Part shown: in pieces, positions 55,121 to 64,000 of the stretch | Layout of the letters: every line of letters starts with the position of its first letter | How positions within the stretch are numbered: position 1 is the stretch's first letter | NCBI GenBank assembly: GCA_026025075.1 | Contig: JAPEUI010000005.1 | Location: 1 to 64,000, forward strand | From: Vezdaea acicularis | Lineage: Eukaryota | DNA length: 64,000 nt | Direction: 5' to 3' | The notes under the pieces: model-generated | The model's database searches: none | Seen by the model: only the letters and a program-made list of their open reading frames with translations | Told to the model about the DNA's origin: nothing | Made by a program: the position numbers and the translations under genes

Positions 55121-55221
55121 AAAGGGAATTCCATAGCAAGATATAGGGTTGATTTCAAGTTCATAGACTACTGGGGTCAAGCCATATTTACTATTACAAT
55201 GTATATGCTTAAGAGGAATCA

Positions 55222-57021
55222 TTAACGATCGTCCTCTTCGTCGTCAACTCGAGCTCGCTTCGTTTTCCTCTCATCCTCCTTCTCCTGCACACCATACCTC
55301 TTCTCGCCTCTGACCCCCTCTGTATCAATGGTTGACAAGAACTTGTCCACTCCAAATGCATCTCCAGAATCTTTCTCAAATTGCACGGGGCCGCTCCGAG
55401 CCTCCGCTTCCGCAGCTCCCTTGAACCCCTCTTTTGCCCTCCCTAAAACCTCAAATCTGCTACTCTTCTTGATTCTCTCCATCTCATCTGCACCATCTCC
55501 CTCATCCTCATCATCCACGCCGCCAACCTGCGTATTTGGTCGATATATGCCCTCAATCGCATCTCTAGCGGCGAATAAGGGTTTGTCGTACGGCTGATCC
55601 TCGTTGAAGCCCATGCTAAACCCAGAAGTCTGCCCGAATAGCCGGCTATCAAACATACCCTCCTTGCTTTGGGTAGGCTTTGCAAGACCTAACGCCACTT
55701 TCTCGGAGATGTCGCGGTTTTGCTCCCTTGCCAGCATCTGCACTCGTCTCTCTGTGCCCATTCGTGACTGACGTAGCTTGCGTTGAGCATCTTCACGGCG
55801 TTCTCGACGTAGTTGCTCTCGCTCTCTCACGGCCATATCTTCGTCACTGTCGCTTCGGTCCGACGCGGATGAGTAGCTTCGACTACGACTTCTTGCGGAA
55901 GAGCTTCGGCGTCCACGACCAGCACCAGACCTCTCTTCGCGAACCTTCTTGGCGAGCTGCCGAAGATGTTCTTCTTTCTCCGCCTTTTCGCGCTCGGCAA
56001 GCCGTTGTTGCATAAGGGCACGCTGTTGTACCTCCTCACGGGCTTTGCGATCTGCAATTGCGAGTGCTTCCGTGAACGGGGCAAACTTGTCGTTGATTGT
56101 GACGTCTTGTAATCCTCGCCCATCTGCAGCTAGACGTTTGTCTAAAGGTACCGTATAACCTTTTGGATTCTTCCAGTTCGAAATTGGTGGTGGAATCTTC
56201 CATGCTTCTTGGTCCTCAGCGGTTAATTTGCGGGGCGGAGAGTGCATGACTGGTGGCGGTGGAGATGGTGGTCCACGAGGAATCTTCTTGTGCTTAAATT
56301 TAGGCGGCTCCATAGGGTCAACTTGTTTCTCCACAATCTGCATGATTCGGTCGTTTTTACGACTGTTGTCACCCATTTGGTTGGCAGGGGTGTATCGGAC
56401 ATACGTAGGATCTTTTCGAGTGACGCCTTTGACATTCTTGGGTTTCTGGGCTGTGACCGCTCCAGAAACGAGGATCGCGAGGGCATTCTTGGTTCTCTCT
56501 GTAGAGGCTGCGACTTCCTCCTCAGAGGGTCGCTCGAGGGAGATTTCTCCAACATCAGCTCGTTGCCTAAGAGGGATGAGATCTTTAAAGGAAGCATGGA
56601 CTATCCGCTTATCGTTATGCCCTTGTCGCGCTATAGCATCGTATTTGACTTTGCCCGTGGCATCGACTTGTACTGCGAGGGCATTGCTGCTGCCTCCGCT
56701 TTTACGGCCCATATCGAGGGGATACTGTGCCACAGGAATTTCGGGAAAGGCCCCTCCATCGCCATAGTCTTCTGGTGCCCGTGGGCGCCATCCTGAACGT
56801 TTCCCATATGGTGGCGGTCCTTGCCTCTGCAGGACTGGGTTAGCTGGGACTGTGCAGAGGAGTGATGGAAACCTTGCCTTTAGCACCAGTTGTGTCTGGT
56901 CAAGTTCTCCAGGACCAAGTACTCGCAGTCCCCTTGAGCCCGTGTGGCTTGGTAGCTCCTCATCTTCCTCAGTGTATTTTGGCTTAGGAAGAGCTTTGGA
57001 AAGTGCTGTTGTGAGAGCCAT
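55222..57021 (-). CDS. PRP45: Splicing factor Prp45/SKIP (SNW domain)
   Basis: DGGAFPEIPVAQYPLDMG, DPMEPPKFKHKKIPRGPPSPP, WKIPPPISNWKNPKGYTVPLDKRLAADGRG and RDISEKVALG. One in-frame 51-nt intron at 56827-56877. Confidence 0.96.
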   Translation of the reverse strand: MALTTALSKALPKPKYTEEDEELPSHTGSRGLRVLGPGELDQTQLVLKARFPSLLCTVPANPVLQRQGPPPYGKRSGWRPRAPEDYGDGGAFPEIPVAQYPLDMGRKSGGSSNALAVQVDATGKVKYDAIARQGHNDKRIVHASFKDLIPLRQRADVGEISLERPSEEEVAASTERTKNALAILVSGAVTAQKPKNVKGVTRKDPTYVRYTPANQMGDNSRKNDRIMQIVEKQVDPMEPPKFKHKKIPRGPPSPPPPVMHSPPRKLTAEDQEAWKIPPPISNWKNPKGYTVPLDKRLAADGRGLQDVTINDKFAPFTEALAIADRKAREEVQQRALMQQRLAEREKAEKEEHLRQLAKKVREERSGAGRGRRSSSARSRSRSYSSASDRSDSDEDMAVREREQLRRERREDAQRKLRQSRMGTERRVQMLAREQNRDISEKVALGLAKPTQSKEGMFDSRLFGQTSGFSMGFNEDQPYDKPLFAARDAIEGIYRPNTQVGGVDDEDEGDGADEMERIKKSSRFEVLGRAKEGFKGAAEAEARSGPVQFEKDSGDAFGVDKFLSTIDTEGVRGEKRYGVQEKEDERKTKRARVDDEEDDR

Positions 57022-57313
57022 CGCGATGTGAAAGAGTATAAAGAAAGCTTTGGCCTAGACGAAAGACCCTTTGACGAAGATCGCGTAGGGATCGCCGTTC
57101 TGGGAGAAAGTGTATGAATGCGCCCACAACACCGACTTTGGCGTAACAAAGGCTGAATACATCTCTTAGTCAATTTAACCCCAGCCTAAAATGCCTGTAC
57201 AATAAAAATCTTATCGCTCATTCTTGCTTGCGTGGCTGGGCCATTCGTGGATCGTCAAGCTTTAACGTCCTTTCACCTTCACCTCGATTTAACATTCAAC
57301 TTCTGCGCCCAAG

Positions 57314-58684
57314 ATGTCCCGATCCCTATGGAATCCCGACAGCGTTCGCGACGTTGCGGAATCCGTTGGCCTTGCTTCACTCTCCGACGACATCACCGGA
57401 GCACTCTCCCGCGACATTGAATTCCGACTCTCCTGTGTCCTCAGCGAAGCTCTCAAGTTTATGAAGCACAGCAAGCGCACCGTCCTTAGCACCTCAGATG
57501 TGAGCTCCGCCTTGCGTGTCCTCGACATCGAGCCTCTGTACGGATACGAATCTACGCGTGCTCTCCGCTTCGGTGAAGCAAGTATCGGACCAGGGCAGCC
57601 TTTGTTCTACGTGGAGGATGAAGAGGTGGACTTCGAGAAGCTCATCAATGCGCCTCTCCCTAAGGTACCCCGCGAGATCAGCTTCACCGCGCATTGGCTT
57701 TCCGTCGAAGGGGTCCAACCGTCAATTCCGCAGAACCCCACAACCGCAGACTCGAGGGCGCAAGACCTTGCGCCCAAAGGGCCAAGCGCGAATCCATACC
57801 TCCCTGCTCTGGCTGGCGAATCGATGGCCAGCTCCACCACCAGCAAACCTCAAGTAAAGCATATCCTCTCACGCGAGCTTCGAGAGTACTTCGAGCGCAT
57901 CACAACAGCTTGTCTAGCTCTTCCCTCTTCTCCCTCCTACGAGTACCAGTCGGCGGCTTTTGCCTCTCTTAGCAGCGATTCCGGTATCCAACAATTAGTG
58001 CCATACTTCCAACATTTCATCACCGAAAAAGTCACGCATTCTCTATCCTCAATTCACATCTTAACTCAGACGCTTCATCTAACAGCTGCGTTGCTTTCGA
58101 ATCCTTCGATCTATCTTGCCCCTATTGCAACTTCTTTAGTACCCCCAATTCTAACATGTCTCATTGGGCGCAACATTGGACCAGCTCATAATGCAGATCA
58201 TTATGCCGTCCGAGATCTGGCGGGAAGCGTGCTTGCTCTGCTGTTAAAGACGCATTCGGGACCGCAAAGCACAGTACCGGCAGCATCAGGCATTGCGCCG
58301 AGGCTAGCTAAGGCATGTATAAAGCACCTGCTTGATCCAGGGAACCCACTCAGATCCTTGTACGGGTCTACACTGGGACTGAGACTTCTTGGGCCAAGAG
58401 TGGTAAGGCATCTGCTGATGTCAAATCTTGCAGTCTTAGGGGATGAGAGGTTAAGAGAGCCCCTTAATGGTGACCAGGAGCAAAGACTAGATGCCGAGAA
58501 AGTGATTGGCGCGGCTGTCGCTGCATTAGGAGTCTTGGAAGAAGAAAGGCAAAGAAGAGGCGTGGAGGACGGGGGTTTAGGTAGCGAAGACAGGGAAAAA
58601 CTGGAGAGGAAAATTGGAAGTCTCTTTACAGACCAAATATGGGGTTTGGGAAGGATAGGACTGGTCAAAGCTATAATATCATAA
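57314..58684 (+). CDS. TAF6: TFIID/SAGA subunit Taf6
   Basis: Histone fold WNPDSVRDVAESVG...EALKFMKHSKRTVL...IEPLYGY, then AHWLSVEGVQPSIPQNP, KHILSREL and GIQQLVPYF. Confidence 0.95.
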   Translation: MSRSLWNPDSVRDVAESVGLASLSDDITGALSRDIEFRLSCVLSEALKFMKHSKRTVLSTSDVSSALRVLDIEPLYGYESTRALRFGEASIGPGQPLFYVEDEEVDFEKLINAPLPKVPREISFTAHWLSVEGVQPSIPQNPTTADSRAQDLAPKGPSANPYLPALAGESMASSTTSKPQVKHILSRELREYFERITTACLALPSSPSYEYQSAAFASLSSDSGIQQLVPYFQHFITEKVTHSLSSIHILTQTLHLTAALLSNPSIYLAPIATSLVPPILTCLIGRNIGPAHNADHYAVRDLAGSVLALLLKTHSGPQSTVPAASGIAPRLAKACIKHLLDPGNPLRSLYGSTLGLRLLGPRVVRHLLMSNLAVLGDERLREPLNGDQEQRLDAEKVIGAAVAALGVLEEERQRRGVEDGGLGSEDREKLERKIGSLFTDQIWGLGRIGLVKAIIS

Positions 58685-59491
58685 GCTTTGTAGGGATGCA
58701 TGAGCAGCATGGATTAGCACAAGGCGTTGTGGTATTCGTAAGCATCTTCATGGTGGGGAAATGGCATACTGATCAGGCGCAAATAAAAGGCCGCAATTAG
58801 CTATGCAACCTTTAGAGACTTCAATCACTTTTGTAACCTATCAAAGCTGAGTGCGCCCTACTCATCTTGCCTCCTGCCACTTTTATCTTCGGGTTCTGTG
58901 CTTTGTGGATGGATTGAGGGTGTAAACCACTATATCGTCCGCCAAATGGAAAGGAGGTGAAGGGCATATGCCGCAATTAGGCGGATTAGCCATAGTAGTC
59001 CGCATAAGAGGTATCCTACAGGACGGTAGGCCGACTGAACGGCGCCCCCCTTTAAACACCCACCACACTGCGACACCATTGTGCCACAGCAATCGGTATA
59101 AGGATTATTGGCAATGAAAACCATATGTTAAACCACTCATACGAACCACGTTGACTTGGCCTTGCTTTGCTTAATGCTGCAGGACGTTTGCTCGAGCATA
59201 AAACTTGGCGCATTCGCAGGAAAGCAAGAGGAATTAAATTAGGTTCTCAAGCTGCAAATAAGGCTTGGGCTAGAGCGCCGGCCAGCCTAAGCATCAGTCT
59301 TGAATGTAGGACGCTGCACCGTACGTCGATAGTAACGGATGACGGCACTTGCTGAAGACAGAATTGGGCGCTATGGACGCGGAACTTAATAGAAAGAATT
59401 GTATTCTCCTTACGTGATGTACAAGCCTAAAGTAAGGTCCACGATGCTCGACCTTCATCTTCCCGCCTTCCCTCCCAAACCCTCCCACCAC

Positions 59492-60233
59492 CTACATGTA
59501 CGCCAGTATCCCCGAGCTCGCCACTGTCATCCCCACCACAGCCCAGCCCGTTTGTTGAACCCTCTTGTTGCTAATAGACATCCCTGTATCCCAGACTAGA
59601 TGCCTGATTCCGTTCCAGCTATGGAATGAAAACGGCAGAGAGACCAAAAACTTTGTGATAACCTTCGCTGCTACAGGCCATGTCGCAAATGCCGCTGCGA
59701 TCGATGCGCTCTCCAGGTGCCATCCAAATAGCGGAGCTACCACATAGGCGGTGCTGAAGAGGTATAGGCTGCCACTCAGGATTGACCCAGTGATCCGGTT
59801 CAGGGCCGACAGTATCCATGTTACTTGCGGGCGGTAAACGGTGAGGTGAGGGGACGTGGGCCGTCGCAGACGCTGTGCGGCAAGGATGGAAGTGCTTGCA
59901 TCGGAAGAGCTGAGGGATGCATTTTCTGGGTTGGAAGTTGTTGATGTGGGGCTTTGAGAGGGATTGTTAGCTCACTCGATGGCAATGGATTCACTGGAGC
60001 AGGCGCAATGGCTCCGTCTGATGGTGAAGACGAGCATACCGTGATTTAATGTTAGTGTAACGAGCTAGAAGGATAGAGGACGGAGCTCTGAAGCCATTCC
60101 GTGTTATTGCGGATAGTGAGAGGGAGTGTGCTGCCGTAGCGGTCATGATGTCAGAGGAGATCTAGTGTCATCGTTAAAGATGTGATTGCTTACTATTCCG
60201 GCAGGATGCTCGGAGCATCCTCTGAGAGATCAT
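59492..60233 (-). CDS. SDH3: Succinate dehydrogenase cytochrome b560 subunit
   Basis: After two introns: MISQRMLRASCRN...LAAQRLRRPTSPHLTVYRPQVTWILSALNRITG...PFSFHSWNGIRHLVWD. Confidence 0.93.
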
Positions 60234-60719
60234 AGCAGTGGCGCTCAAGAGGTTACAAGAGCTGCGGGGTGAAGGTGTGGTGGGCGCAAAATCATGAAAT
60301 GAATGATTTGAGGAGAGGTTATGCTTGAGGTTACTTTGTCCGAGGCCACGATACTTGGCGCTAACTCAATTCACTATGAATAATCGACGAATCACAGGCT
60401 ACGGATTGTTGTTATGGGGGGCAATTCTGGACTTTAGCCGAGGAAGGTTGCAACCTGACTAGACTAGTTGCATCTATCAACTCCTTGTGCTATACATGCC
60501 AACTTATGGCCAGTGGGTGCAAGCGCACCGTCTATATCCCTGAATACATTCTCTATTAGAGACATTTTTCCCATGTTGCAGGTCTTGGAAAACAACGGCA
60601 CAAATAACTCCATTAGTTGCAGGCCACCCGACGCCCAATGCTGTCTCGCAATAGTCCTACCCTATATACCTCCGCTACTAGATGCTCAATGATGGACATT
60701 CTTCAGAATCATGGCAATC

Positions 60720-64000
<3,281 letters not shown>

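Overview
Gene-dense, intron-containing genomic DNA from a filamentous ascomycete (Pezizomycotina-like introns of about 50-100 nt with CTAAC/CTGAC branch sites); the species cannot be determined from the window. In order, the conserved genes are VPS1 (5'-truncated), cysteine synthase, condensin YCG1, NRP1-like RNA-binding protein, an F-box protein, an MRX11/FLILHELTA protein, a 7-exon nucleoside diphosphate kinase that the ORF track misses entirely, glucosidase II alpha, a Ca3427-like periplasmic-binding-fold protein, SLX1, a KDM5/JARID1 demethylase, a PH-like protein, a Trk K+ transporter, CDC23, ERG20, PRP45, TAF6, SDH3 and USP7/UBP15 (5'-truncated). The most unusual element is a ~1.45 kb non-coding array (about 2240-3670) between two convergent genes. 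It holds seven paired-E-box cassettes (CACGTG-N13-15-CACGTG type) plus a terminal single CACGTG. Four of the cassettes head ~235-bp tandem units, each carrying a second 16-bp palindrome a constant 82-83 bp downstream, and one upstream cassette has its core flipped between unflipped flanks. Other leads are an orphan with three Myb/SANT-like repeats, a Cys-rich glycoprotein with dibasic sites, a ~6 kb repeat-rich gene-poor island (45.4-51.3 kb), a GC-AG intron in PRP45, frequent AAG acceptors and strong GC-skew flips at convergent gene ends. I recognised no tRNA, rRNA, CRISPR array or intact transposase. All gene calls come from recognising motifs by eye, not from database searches, and splice coordinates may be off by a few nt.
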